Counted from the first letter of the stretch, positions 39,233 through 49,267 are shown. The stretch: DNA of 64,000 nucleotides from Candidatus Limnocylindrales bacterium (GCA_036002525.1 DASYTG010000031.1:13994-77993), one strand, 5' to 3'. Numbers and translations: made by a program. The notes: generated by a model not told the origin, from the letters alone.

Positions 39233-40321
39233 TCAGAGGCGGCGATCCGCGGCCTCGACCGCCCGCCGGCACCACCAGGCGAGATCGTCCGCGCCCGTCG
39301 TGCCCCAGCCCGTCGCGGTTCCCGACTCGGCGTCCAGTCCCTTTCGCCAGCCGCGCAACAGAAGCCCGACGATCCACGTGAGATCGACCTGGGCGTCCCA
39401 GTTGCCGAGCACCGAATCGACCGTCCGCCGCGCTGGCCCGTCGACCCCGCCGCTCCAGCGATTGGCGTGCCACCGGGCCCCGACGAGGTAGCGTTCGAGG
39501 ACCTGGTCCGGCGGCTCGGGGAGGAGCGGCGTGTTCGAGACGAGGAACCAGCCCAGCTCGACGGCGACCGGCGCGAGCGTCACGAGCTGCCAGTCGATCA
39601 GGCCGACGACGCCGTCGCGGAGCAGCGCGACGTTGGCCAGCTTCAGGTCGCCGTGCAGGCCGACCCTCGGGAGCCGTTCCACGGCGCCGAGGAGCGGTTC
39701 GGGCTCGTCGGCGAGCCGCTCGACGAGGTCGCGCGCGGCCGGCGGCGCGAGTCGGTCGAACGCGTCCCAGCCGGCGAGGAATCGCTCGCCGACGGCGAGG
39801 CCCTCGGACCGATAGCGCTCGGCCGACGGCCGACTGAGCAGCAGGAGGCGCTGGCGGACGGCGCACCACGGGAACACGTCATGGATCGTCCCCGGGCGCC
39901 AGGGCTGGAAGTGAAGGCAGGCGACCGCGTCGAGGACCCGGCTCAGCGTCTCGACATCGATCCCCGGCTCGTGGGCCGGCCGCTCCCAGGCGATCAATTC
40001 GCGGGACAGGTCCGGCATGAGAATCGCCAGGCTCTCTCCGTCGGCGGCAGCCCCGAGATAGGGCGCCACGACCGGCATCCAGAAGCGGGGACGATTGGCT
40101 GCCACACAACCTTCCCGGAGATCGCGGTCGTCGGTTGCCCGGGCGATCCAGTCGGCCGCCCAGGACGTCCGCTTGAGCACGAATCGCTGCCTGTCGCGTT
40201 CGAGGACGGTCAAAGTCGCTCCCGACCAGCCGTCATTCGGAAAGATGCGCTCCGGGACGCCGGCGAGCCCGTGCTCGGCGAGGAGATCGGCGAGCGGTCG
40301 ATCCTGCCAGGGCCTCAGCAC
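39233..40321 (-). CDS. aminoglycoside-phosphotransferase (APH)-fold kinase
   Basis: HGDLKLANV and LIDWQ are the catalytic-loop motifs. Confidence 0.75.
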   Translation of the reverse strand: MLRPWQDRPLADLLAEHGLAGVPERIFPNDGWSGATLTVLERDRQRFVLKRTSWAADWIARATDDRDLREGCVAANRPRFWMPVVAPYLGAAADGESLAILMPDLSRELIAWERPAHEPGIDVETLSRVLDAVACLHFQPWRPGTIHDVFPWCAVRQRLLLLSRPSAERYRSEGLAVGERFLAGWDAFDRLAPPAARDLVERLADEPEPLLGAVERLPRVGLHGDLKLANVALLRDGVVGLIDWQLVTLAPVAVELGWFLVSNTPLLPEPPDQVLERYLVGARWHANRWSGGVDGPARRTVDSVLGNWDAQVDLTWIVGLLLRGWRKGLDAESGTATGWGTTGADDLAWWCRRAVEAADRRL

Positions 40322-40731
40322 GGCGCCGGGACGTCGGCCGCGCCGTCCGGCCCGCTGTCGACGTACACGACGTGCGAGTCGGGGCAGTTGCGGGTCAGGA
40401 CGACGACCAGCGGCTCGCTTCCCGACGCGTTCTTCTCGACGTGGATCTCGCCCGCCGGGATGTAGACGAAGTCACCGGCTGATGCGGCCATCTCGTGCTC
40501 CAGGCCGGTCGGGCCCCACGTGTAGCGGGCCGCGCCGGACACGATGTAGATCGAGGTCTCGCACTCGCCGTGGTGGTGGACCCGCGTCCTGCCGCCGGGC
40601 GCCGTCGTCACGATCGAGCTGTACAGGCCGACCGATCCGGACGTCGGAGCGGAGATGGCGATCGACCTCTCCATGTCCGGGTTCTGGCCGGGCCCGGTTC
40701 GGAACTCCGCGGGCGAGATGCGCTTCGCCAT
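40315..40731 (-). CDS. cupin domain protein
   Basis: TRVHHHGECE...GDFVYIPAGEIH are the cupin motifs. Confidence 0.75.
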   Translation of the reverse strand: MAKRISPAEFRTGPGQNPDMERSIAISAPTSGSVGLYSSIVTTAPGGRTRVHHHGECETSIYIVSGAARYTWGPTGLEHEMAASAGDFVYIPAGEIHVEKNASGSEPLVVVLTRNCPDSHVVYVDSGPDGAADVPAPC

Positions 40732-40764
40732 CGGCCGATGATACGGACGCGATCCAGCTTCGGG

Positions 40765-42150
40765 TCAGGCCCAGGCGACCCGCCAGACGCGCCACAGCGC
40801 CGCCGGGTCGCTCAACGGGTCGCCGTGGACGAGGAAGAAATCGGCCGGGCCACCCTCGCGGATGACGCCGGCGTCGGGCTCGCCGAGGACCTCGCCACCG
40901 CGCCACGTGGCCGCCGCCAGCGCCTCCCACGGCTCGAGGCCGGCGGCGACAAGCGTCTCGACCTCCCAGGCGAGCTGGGTCGCCCGAAGTGAGCCGCCGC
41001 CGAAGTCCGTGCCGCTCGCAATCCGGACGCCGGCCCGGCGCGCCAGCCGGATGCTGTCGATCGCCTGCTCTTTGCGGGCGATGATCGTCCGCCGGCCGTC
41101 CGCGCCGGCAAAGCGCGGCAGCGTTGTCGTCCGCCCGAACGTCAGCCACGACTCCATGACCGCGAGCGTCGAAACGAGGAACGTGCCGCGCTCGGCCATC
41201 TCGGCGACGACCAGCGCATCGAGCTGGAATCCGTGCTCGATCGCGTCGACGCCACCCTTGACCCCCTCGCGGGCGCCGGAGAGACGTCCCGAATGGGCGG
41301 TCACCCGGATCCCGCGGCCATGGGCCGCCTCGACGACCGGGGCGATCTGGGCCGCCGTCCAGGGCGACGCGTCCGGGTCGGGCCCGTCGAGGTAGAGCTT
41401 CAGGAAGTCGACACCGTCGTCGAGCTGGCCGACCGCGTTGTCGAGGAGGTCCTTTGCCGTGCTCGCCTCGACCGTGTGGGCGGCCGGCGGGAGGGTCCCG
41501 GCCTTCTCCAGCCACGTCCCGCCGGCGCGGAGGTGGGGATAGCCGGGCTGTCCGCGCCACCGGTCGCGGACCCCGAGCGACAACGCGCGGCGACGCCCGT
41601 CGACCGGGTCGTCGACGTACGGCGCGCCGACGTCCCGGGCCCAGCGGACGCCCGCGGCCGTGAGCAGCCGCCCGTTGCGTTCCGCGACCTCGAGGAGCGC
41701 CGCCGGCGGGTCGCCGATCCGGTCGATCCAGTGAGCGCCGCCGGGCAGGGTCACATGGCTGTGGGCGTCGACCATCCCTGGCACGAACGTCGCGCCGCTC
41801 GCGTCGACGACCTCGAGCCCATCCCGGGGGCCGGGGTCGCCCTCGTCGTCGGATGGCCGGATCCAGCGGATCGTGCCGTCCTGGACGAGGATGCTCACGC
41901 CCCGGTCGAGCCGGTCGGAGTGGGCGTCGGTGAGGGCGCCGTCGCGGAACAGCGTGCGGCGGGGGCGGGCCGCAACGGCGAACGGCGTGGGGGATGGGGC
42001 GGGCGCCCTGGTGGCGGCGCCGGCCGTGGAGTTCGGCGTCATCGCGGAGGCCGAACGGCTTGGATCCACGCGTCGATCGCCGCACGCGGCGACCGTCGCC
42101 GCCGCGGACCACAGCAGGAACCGGCGGCGGCTGAGGGAGGGGTGTTCCAT
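40765..42150 (-). CDS. Tat-exported amidohydrolase-family protein
   Basis: GGAGAGGA RBS is present. SRRRFLLWSAAA is a Tat motif and VDAHSHV is a metal-binding motif. Confidence 0.85.
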   Translation of the reverse strand: MEHPSLSRRRFLLWSAAATVAACGDRRVDPSRSASAMTPNSTAGAATRAPAPSPTPFAVAARPRRTLFRDGALTDAHSDRLDRGVSILVQDGTIRWIRPSDDEGDPGPRDGLEVVDASGATFVPGMVDAHSHVTLPGGAHWIDRIGDPPAALLEVAERNGRLLTAAGVRWARDVGAPYVDDPVDGRRRALSLGVRDRWRGQPGYPHLRAGGTWLEKAGTLPPAAHTVEASTAKDLLDNAVGQLDDGVDFLKLYLDGPDPDASPWTAAQIAPVVEAAHGRGIRVTAHSGRLSGAREGVKGGVDAIEHGFQLDALVVAEMAERGTFLVSTLAVMESWLTFGRTTTLPRFAGADGRRTIIARKEQAIDSIRLARRAGVRIASGTDFGGGSLRATQLAWEVETLVAAGLEPWEALAAATWRGGEVLGEPDAGVIREGGPADFFLVHGDPLSDPAALWRVWRVAWA

Positions 42151-42194
42151 CGCTTCCTCTCCGGGCGAGCGTAGCACCGGGCTACCATCCCGCC

Positions 42195-43172
42195 ATGCCG
42201 CCCTCGGTCCCCGACCTCCCGCGCTTCGAGCTGCTCGACGGCCCCTCGCCGTTGCAGCCGCTGCCTCGTTTGTCGAGGGAGCTCGGCGGACGCGCCGACC
42301 TCTGGATCAAGCGCGAGGACCTCCTGCCGCTCGCGTTCGGCGGCAACAAGCTGCGAAACCTCGAGTTCCACGTCGGCGCCGCGCTGGCCGGAGGCGCGGA
42401 CACGCTGGTGACGTCCGGCCGCCGCTGGTCGAACCACTGTCGCCTCACCGCCGCCGCCGGAGCGAGGGCCGGCCTGGCCGTCCACCTCGTGCTGTCCGGC
42501 CCGCCGGTCGACCCGCCCGGCCCGAACCAGCTCCTCGACGAGCTCCTCGGAGCGACAGTCCACGTCACGACGACAGCCGAACGGGCCGAACGAGCGGCGC
42601 GCGTCGAGGCGGTGGTGGAATCGTTGCGGACGAGCGGCTTCCGGCCGTACGTCGTCCCGGTCGGCGGGTCGGGCCCCGCCGGCGCGGTCGGCCAGGTGCT
42701 CGCCGGCCTGGAATTCGCCGAGCAGGCGGCGGAGCGCGGGATCGACGTCCACGCCGTCGTCGTCCCATCTGCTACGGGGGGTACGCAGGCCGGCCTGATA
42801 GTCGGCCTCCGCCTCGCCGCGGCGGCCGCCCGCGTCCACGGCGTCGCGGTCGCGCATCCGCCGGACGTGCTGCTGCCGGCGATCGCCGCCCTTCTCGGAT
42901 CGCTCGGCGAGCAGACGGGGTGTCGCGTCGCGCCGTCCGAGATCGTCCTTGACGGCGGCCAGCTCGGCGAGGGCTACGGCCACCCGACCCCCGCGGCCGA
43001 GGAGGCCACCCGCCTGCTTGCGCGCAGCGAGGGGATCCTTGTCGACCCGATCTACACGGCCAAGGCGCTGGCCGGACTCGTCGAGGCCGTCAGGAACGGC
43101 ACGTTCGACGGCCGGACCGTCGTCTTCTGGCATGCCGGCGGCACCCCGGGCCTGTTCGAGCGGCTCGACTGA
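42195..43172 (+). CDS. PLP-dependent D-cysteine desulfhydrase/ACC deaminase family protein
   Basis: IKREDLLPLAFGGNKLRNLE carries the PLP lysine. GGSGPAG is also present. Confidence 0.85.
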   Translation: MPPSVPDLPRFELLDGPSPLQPLPRLSRELGGRADLWIKREDLLPLAFGGNKLRNLEFHVGAALAGGADTLVTSGRRWSNHCRLTAAAGARAGLAVHLVLSGPPVDPPGPNQLLDELLGATVHVTTTAERAERAARVEAVVESLRTSGFRPYVVPVGGSGPAGAVGQVLAGLEFAEQAAERGIDVHAVVVPSATGGTQAGLIVGLRLAAAAARVHGVAVAHPPDVLLPAIAALLGSLGEQTGCRVAPSEIVLDGGQLGEGYGHPTPAAEEATRLLARSEGILVDPIYTAKALAGLVEAVRNGTFDGRTVVFWHAGGTPGLFERLD

Positions 43173-43182
43173 CCGAACCGCC

Positions 43183-44343
43183 CTAGCGCGAAGACCGCCA
43201 GGCGTCGCGAAGCTTGATCCGGCCCGCGGTCTGGAGCACCGCGCCGGAGTACACCCGCGCGCCGAACACGAACAGCCCGTAGATGAACACGATCGTCACC
43301 GCGATCGACAGGAGGATCTCCCACGGCTCGATCGCGCCGAGCGCGGTCCGCATCGGGACGACCATCGGCGCCGCGGGCGGGAAGAACGACGCGATCCGGG
43401 CGACGGTCCCGGACGGGTCGTTGATCACGACGAGCAGTGCGACGAAGTAGCTGCCCATCGCGAGGAACTGGATCGGCATCGTGGCGTTCGAGGCCTCCTC
43501 CATCCGCGACGCGAGCGCGCCCAGGACCGCGAACAGCGTCGAGTACAGCGTGTAGCCGAGGACGAACCACACGACGAGCATCACGAGCGCGGGCGTCGTC
43601 GTCGGCGGCAGCGTGAACCGGCCCAGGACGTTCGCGGCGACCAGGCCGGTCGTGACGAGCACGGCGAGCTGGACCAGCCCGAGGATCCCGATCCCGAGGA
43701 CCTTGCCCATCAGCAGGTCGCGCGGCCGGACCGTCGAGAGGACCACCTCGACGACCCGGCTCTGCTTCTCCTCGACGACGCCCGACAGGACCCAGTAACC
43801 GAACGAGAAGATCGAGATGAACAGGAAGATGACCCCGACGTTGGCGATGATCAGCGACGTCGGGTCGGGTCCGGAGACGGCCTCGAGCGCGACGACCGCC
43901 GGCGGACTCAAGTCGATCCCGGCCTTGCTCAACTTCACAGTCGCCACGGCCGTCGACACCACCTGCGCGAAACGGCTATCCGTCTGCTGCTTGAAGATCA
44001 ACGTACCCGGAGAGTCCGGGTCCGGGCCCGGGACATAGACGCCTCCGACCTCGTCGTCTCGGAGGGCCGCCTCGGCGCTGGGGAGGTCGGGATAACTCCG
44101 GACATCCACGCTCGCGCCGGCCTGCAAGGCGGCTTGATGCAGCGCCTCCTCGAACACCGGAGGTGGCGCGCCCACGTAGCCCACCTGCAGCACGTTCTCG
44201 TCGTCGGCGATCGTCGACTGGAGGAGAAGCCCGCCGACGATAAAGACCTGCGTCAGGATCAGGCCGAGGAGGAACGCCCGGCTCCGGCCGCGCTCGATGA
44301 GCTCGCGACGGGCGACCAGCCAGATCGCCCGGAGGGGGTTCAC
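43183..44343 (-). CDS. ABC-2 permease (NatB/YhaP-like)
   Basis: A GTGA overlap links it to the upstream ATPase gene. The motif EEKQSRVVEVVLS is present, followed by multiple TM segments. Confidence 0.8.
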   Translation of the reverse strand: MNPLRAIWLVARRELIERGRSRAFLLGLILTQVFIVGGLLLQSTIADDENVLQVGYVGAPPPVFEEALHQAALQAGASVDVRSYPDLPSAEAALRDDEVGGVYVPGPDPDSPGTLIFKQQTDSRFAQVVSTAVATVKLSKAGIDLSPPAVVALEAVSGPDPTSLIIANVGVIFLFISIFSFGYWVLSGVVEEKQSRVVEVVLSTVRPRDLLMGKVLGIGILGLVQLAVLVTTGLVAANVLGRFTLPPTTTPALVMLVVWFVLGYTLYSTLFAVLGALASRMEEASNATMPIQFLAMGSYFVALLVVINDPSGTVARIASFFPPAAPMVVPMRTALGAIEPWEILLSIAVTIVFIYGLFVFGARVYSGAVLQTAGRIKLRDAWRSSR

Positions 44344-45257
44344 CGCGTGGCCTCGGGGACTGCCGCGTCCGGTTCGACGGCTTCCATGAACAGCTCCGAC
44401 AGCGCCGGCGGCTCGAAGCTGAACCGCCGGACCGTGCCGGCCCGGGCCGCCCGATCGAGGACCTGCCGCAGGTCGACCGTGTCCTCGACGAGGAGCTTGA
44501 CCCGTCCACCCCGGTGCTCGAGGACGACGGCATCGCCGAGGCCGTCGATCCATGCGCCGTCGCCGCCTTCGACCTCGACTTCGAGGTGCCGCCGGCCGGA
44601 CGACCGCTTCAGCTCGTCGATCGGTCCCGCCGCGACGATCGAGCCGCGGGCGATGATCACGACGTCCTCGCAGATGCTCTCGACGAGGTCGAGCTGGTGG
44701 CTCGAGAACAGGACCCCGACGCCGGCCGCGGCCCGCTCGCTCAAGACCTCGGTCATCGTCCGGATCCCGATCGGGTCGAGGCCGGAGAACGGCTCGTCGA
44801 GGACGAGCAGCTCCGGATCGTGGACGAGGGCGACGGCCAGCTGGACGCGCTGCTGGTTGCCGTGCGACAGCTCCTCGAGCCTGGAGTTGATCCGGTCGGC
44901 GAGGCCCATCCGCTCGAGCCACTGTGCCGCGGCGGCCCTGGCGCTCCGCGCCGGCATCCCGTGGTGCTGGGCGAAGTACGAGAGCTGCTCGCCCACCTTC
45001 ATCCGCGGGTAGAGGCCTCGCTGCTCAGGCATGTAGCCGAACCGGAGCCGGTCGGCCTGGTCGATCGGCCGGCCCTTCCAGCGCGTCTCGCCGTCGTCCG
45101 GGATGGCGAGGCCGAAGATGCAGCGCATCGCCGTCGTCTTGCCCGCCCCATTCGGGCCGAGGAAGCCGACGAGGCGGCCGGGCTGGGCCGCGAACGTCGC
45201 GTCGCGCAGCGCGACGACGCTCCCGTACCGCTTCGTTAGATGGAGGACTTCGAGCAT
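44340..45257 (-). CDS. ABC transporter ATP-binding protein (NatA-like)
   Basis: GGGGAGG RBS is present. Motifs seen are GPNGAGKTT, LSHGNQQRV and VLDEP. Confidence 0.9.
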   Translation of the reverse strand: MLEVLHLTKRYGSVVALRDATFAAQPGRLVGFLGPNGAGKTTAMRCIFGLAIPDDGETRWKGRPIDQADRLRFGYMPEQRGLYPRMKVGEQLSYFAQHHGMPARSARAAAAQWLERMGLADRINSRLEELSHGNQQRVQLAVALVHDPELLVLDEPFSGLDPIGIRTMTEVLSERAAAGVGVLFSSHQLDLVESICEDVVIIARGSIVAAGPIDELKRSSGRRHLEVEVEGGDGAWIDGLGDAVVLEHRGGRVKLLVEDTVDLRQVLDRAARAGTVRRFSFEPPALSELFMEAVEPDAAVPEATR

Positions 45258-45602
45258 CCCTGGGCCGCCTCCCCTGCGCAGGTCATTGTCCCGCAACCGG
45301 CCGGGACGGCGCATCCGTGCCATTCTCCAGCCCGATTGAACAAGCCGGCGCCTCACGTAGCCAAGCCGTTCACCTTGTATGCCCATCGGGGGCATATCGC
45401 AACCGATCACGCGGGCCTCGACCCCCGCTATGGGTCCGGGATACCCCGCAGGCAGCCGACTGTTCGACATGGTCGGAATCTCGCTCCGCTGGCTGATTTC
45501 CACTCCCGGTGAACGGTTCGACCCACAAACCGCGCCAATTGCCGTACGGGTTGCCGGATTTGGCGGGCGGAGCAGCAATCAGGCTCCGCCGCCCGTGTCC
45601 GC

Positions 45603-46054
45603 GTGCACGTTGGGGCCGATTGCGGGAGCCCACCACCCGAATCTGTTCACGTCGTGTTGTTCGCGTTCGCCGTCGGCGGGCGCGGCGGCGCCGGGCTCGC
45701 GATCGCCGGGGGGATCACCACGGTGACCGGCCTCGTCCTCGCTTTCCAGAACGCGACCGGTCTCTGGGCGACGTGGGCGTACGCGTGGGCGCTCGTGGCC
45801 CCGGGCGGGGCGGGCCTCGGCCTCCTCCTCTACGGCCTGTTCACCTGGCAGCCGGACTTCGTCGCGCGGGGGCGGGGGACGCTGCTCGTCGGGCTCGTGC
45901 TGTTCGTCGGCTTCGCGATCTTCTTCGAGGGGTTCATCGGGCTGTCCGGGGACCGGCTGATCCCGCCGACACCGCCCTGCCGCTGCTCCTCGTCGGGATC
46001 GGCGGGCTGCTCGTCGTATCGAGCCTGATCGGTCGCCGCCGCGGCGGGGACTGA
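45603..46054 (+). pseudogene. LiaI/LiaF-like multi-TM protein with apparent frameshift near 45955-45975
   Basis: The hydrophobic ORF ends in a Cys/Ser-rich nonsense tail. The adjacent frame continues with a plausible final TM helix (ALPLLLVGIGGLLVVSSLIGRRR). Confidence 0.4.
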
Positions 46055-46366
46055 CCCCGGATCGTCGCGCGCACGACCGTGATCGTGGGGCCACACCCGC
46101 GATTACCCTGGGTGATCAGAATCGCACCGAACGAGCGTGGTGATTCCCGAGATCCGTCGATTTCGGTCGGTAGCCGCGCGGCCACGACTCCGATCTGATC
46201 ACCCACAGTAATCATCCGCCGCAGATCGCGGGCCGGCGAGGTGCCGCCCGGCGGCTTGCGTGGTCGGTCTGGCTGGTCCGGCCCGTCACGGCGAAGATCC
46301 TGCCGGCCGGGCGACCACCGGCCGAGCGGCAGTCACGTCACGCCCCGGGGTATCGTCCCACCCATC

Positions 46367-47683
46367 ATGCGTCGCGGCCTGCTCGTCGCCGCCACCGTCG
46401 GGGCCGTCGCCCTCGGCTCTCTCGTCGTGCTGCTCGGCATGCAGCCGGCCGGCGGCGCCGGACCGATCGCCGCGCTCGGCTCCCCGCCGACCGGCCCAGC
46501 CGCCTCGACCCCTGCCGGCTCGCCACCGCCGGTCCTCCAGCCAGCCGCGACGCCCTGGGTCCCACCCCCGTTACCCGCGCCGGTCGGCCCGCGGCCCACG
46601 AAGAAGGTCGTGACCGCGCTCCAGGTTCGTCTCGACGCGCTGCGCACGAAGTACGCGATCCCCGGCATCTCGGCCTCGATCGTCTTCGATGACGGATCCT
46701 CGTGGACGGGCGTGAGCGGGATGGCCGACCTCGCGGCCCGGCGCCGGGTCACGCCGAACACCGCGTTCGCGGTCGCGAGCATCAGCAAGACCTTCATCGC
46801 CGCCCTAATCCTCGATCTCGTCTCCGAGGGGCGCCTGGGGCTCGAGGACAAGGCCTCCGAGTACCTCCCCGAGGAGGAGATGCTCACCGGGATCACGATC
46901 CGGATGCTGCTCAACCACACGAGCGGGCTGTACGACTACTTCCTCCACCCGAAGATCGACCGGGCCCTCCGTTCGGAGCCCGCCCGCGGCTGGTCGCCGG
47001 CCCGGACCCTCGGCTACGTCGCGAAGCCGTATTTCCCGCCGGGCACGGGCTGGCGCTACTCGAACACGAACTACCTCGTCCTCGGGCTCATCGCCGAACG
47101 GGTGGGCGGCCACTCGCTCGCCGTCCAACTGCGATCCCGCTACTTCGAGCCCTTCGGTCTCCAGAGCGCGTTCTACCAGGTCGCCGAGCGGCCCACCGGC
47201 CCGACGGCCCACGGCTACCGCTTTGCCGGCCTGGGGGCGTCCCTTCGGCCGATCGACCTCGCCGACGGGACCGGGATCATGCCGTTCAAGTCGGTCGTGA
47301 CGGCGGCCGGCGGCGCCGGCTCGGTCGCGGCGTCGTCGCTCGACGTCGCCCGATGGTCCCGTGCCCTGTACGGCGGGCGCGTGCTGGACGCGCCCCGCCT
47401 CGGTCTCATGCTGGGGGACTTCGATCCGGCCCCGGGCTACAAGCCGTCGATCCCCTATGGTCTCGGCGTCCAGGCACTGGACGTGAACGGCTTCCCGACG
47501 TACGGGCACAGCGGCCGGTTCATCGGCTTCCGCGGGGTCGTTCGCTACGTTCCGGGCGACGACATCGCGATTGCGGTGTTGACGAACCAGAGCCGGGTCG
47601 ATCCCGGGCTCATCGCGGCGTCGCTCCTCCGGATCGTGCTCCCCCCGCCCGGCCCGTGCGGAGCCTGTCCGGAGGTGTCGTAG
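46367..47683 (+). CDS. secreted serine hydrolase (beta-lactamase/D-Ala-D-Ala carboxypeptidase family)
   Basis: A signal or anchor segment and a Pro-rich linker are present. The SxxK motif reads ASISKTF, and YSNTNY is also seen. Confidence 0.85.
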   Translation: MRRGLLVAATVGAVALGSLVVLLGMQPAGGAGPIAALGSPPTGPAASTPAGSPPPVLQPAATPWVPPPLPAPVGPRPTKKVVTALQVRLDALRTKYAIPGISASIVFDDGSSWTGVSGMADLAARRRVTPNTAFAVASISKTFIAALILDLVSEGRLGLEDKASEYLPEEEMLTGITIRMLLNHTSGLYDYFLHPKIDRALRSEPARGWSPARTLGYVAKPYFPPGTGWRYSNTNYLVLGLIAERVGGHSLAVQLRSRYFEPFGLQSAFYQVAERPTGPTAHGYRFAGLGASLRPIDLADGTGIMPFKSVVTAAGGAGSVAASSLDVARWSRALYGGRVLDAPRLGLMLGDFDPAPGYKPSIPYGLGVQALDVNGFPTYGHSGRFIGFRGVVRYVPGDDIAIAVLTNQSRVDPGLIAASLLRIVLPPPGPCGACPEVS

Positions 47684-47692
47684 CCAGCGCTC

Positions 47693-48466
47693 ATGGCGGT
47701 CCGGATCGGCACGTCGGGCTGGCAGTACCGCGACTGGCGCGGCCGCTTCTACCCACCGGAATTGCCGGTCTCGCGATGGCTCGAGGCCTATGCAGCCGCG
47801 TTCGCGACCGTCGAGTCGAACGCCGCGTTCTACCGGCTGCCCGAGCGCCGGACGTTCGCCGACTGGGCCGCCAGGACACCGCCCGATTTCGTCATGGCCG
47901 TCAAGGTCAGCCGCTACCTCACCCACGTCCGGAGGCTGCGCGAGCCGGCCGAGGCCGTGGCGCGGTTCGTCGACCGGGCCGCCGGGCTCGACGACAAGCT
48001 CGGGCCGGTCCTGCTCCAGCTGCCGCCCCAGCTCCGCTGCGACCCGGAGCGCCTCGACGCGGCACTGGCGGAGTTCCCGCCGGCGTTCCGGGTCGCGGTG
48101 GAGTTCCGCCACCCGACGTGGTTCGTCGACGAGATCCGCGCCCTGCTCACCGAACGCCGCGCGGCTCTGTGCCTCGCCGACCGCCGTCGGCCGCTCACGC
48201 CACTCTGGCGAACGGCCACCTGGACCTATCTCCGATTCCACGAGGGCCGGGCGAACCCCCGGCCGTGCTACGGGGCGGCGGCCCTCCGGACGTGGGCCGC
48301 TCGCCTGGCCGACGGCTGGGGCCCCGACGCGGAATGCTGGGTCTATTTCAACAACGACTCCCGCGGCTGTGCCCCGCGCGACGCCGCCCGCTTTGCCGGC
48401 ATCGCCCGGCGGGCGGGCCTCCACCCAACCCGGGCGCCCTCCGTACGGTCGATCCGGGCGGGCTGA
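47693..48466 (+). CDS. DUF72 family protein
   Basis: Motifs seen are IGTSGWQYRDW, VESNAAFY, LLQLPP and YFNND. Confidence 0.9.
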   Translation: MAVRIGTSGWQYRDWRGRFYPPELPVSRWLEAYAAAFATVESNAAFYRLPERRTFADWAARTPPDFVMAVKVSRYLTHVRRLREPAEAVARFVDRAAGLDDKLGPVLLQLPPQLRCDPERLDAALAEFPPAFRVAVEFRHPTWFVDEIRALLTERRAALCLADRRRPLTPLWRTATWTYLRFHEGRANPRPCYGAAALRTWAARLADGWGPDAECWVYFNNDSRGCAPRDAARFAGIARRAGLHPTRAPSVRSIRAG

Positions 48467-48564
48467 CGTCGCCCCGGGCGACGGACCGATTACCAAAGGG
48501 CCCTCCGACCAGTACGAATGGGTGGTGCGTCGGGTACCGATTCGCGGTGGCGCGTCTACGGCGC

Positions 48565-49194
48565 ATGGCCGATGCTCGTGTCCTGTTCGAGGCCACAGCC
48601 GTGTCCATCCAGGTCGTTGCGTACCTCCAGGAAGGGGTCCTGAGCGGGGTCGTCGACAGCCCCGAGCACCTGCGTGACCTGCTCGAGTCGTCGGACCGTC
48701 TCCAGGTCACCGATGCGACATGGACCCCCCTCGACGGCGGCGCACCAAGCAAGCCGGGCGAGAGCGCGATCGTGATCGACGATCTGGCCCTCGCCGCCGG
48801 CGACGAAGAGATCCCGGGCCCGGTCCACGCCGCGCTCCACACGATTCGGCTCGAGGCGGGACCCTATGTGATCGAGGGCGATCTCGCCACGCTGCCCGGG
48901 TTCGACCCGGGTCGCGCACTCACCCGACCCACCGGCACGTTCGTCCTCCTGAGCGACGTGCGGGTCACCCTCCTCGCCAGCCCGGACGCCGGGGCCGCAT
49001 CGCATCCGCGGGCCCTTGTGAATCGCTACTCGGTCGACCGGGTGGACTCGGACCTCATGCTCGGGTTCTTCTTTCCGGGCGCCCACGTCGAGATGCCGCC
49101 GCCGCTCCCGGTTCCCGCGGCCGCCGGCACCCCCGCAGCTGTCCCGGGAGAGCCGCCCGCCCCGTCGCCCGAGCCCGCCGCGCCCGGGGCCTGA
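48565..49194 (+). CDS. uncharacterised protein, paralogue of 12126..12773, Pro-rich tail
   Basis: It shares conserved blocks with the first copy (see finding). The upstream part of the long ORF is a GC artefact. Confidence 0.6.
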   Translation: MADARVLFEATAVSIQVVAYLQEGVLSGVVDSPEHLRDLLESSDRLQVTDATWTPLDGGAPSKPGESAIVIDDLALAAGDEEIPGPVHAALHTIRLEAGPYVIEGDLATLPGFDPGRALTRPTGTFVLLSDVRVTLLASPDAGAASHPRALVNRYSVDRVDSDLMLGFFFPGAHVEMPPPLPVPAAAGTPAAVPGEPPAPSPEPAAPGA

Positions 49195-49267
49195 CCCGCC
49201 GCCGCGAGCCGCCCCGGCGAGGGCAGCTCATCGGGAGCGCTCGTCGCCGGCGTCACCGCCGCCGGCG

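Noticed and set aside
45495-45525. GGTTCGACCC, a tRNA T-loop-like string.
   Set aside because: The flanking bases cannot form a T-stem or an acceptor stem. I found no tRNA anywhere in the window.
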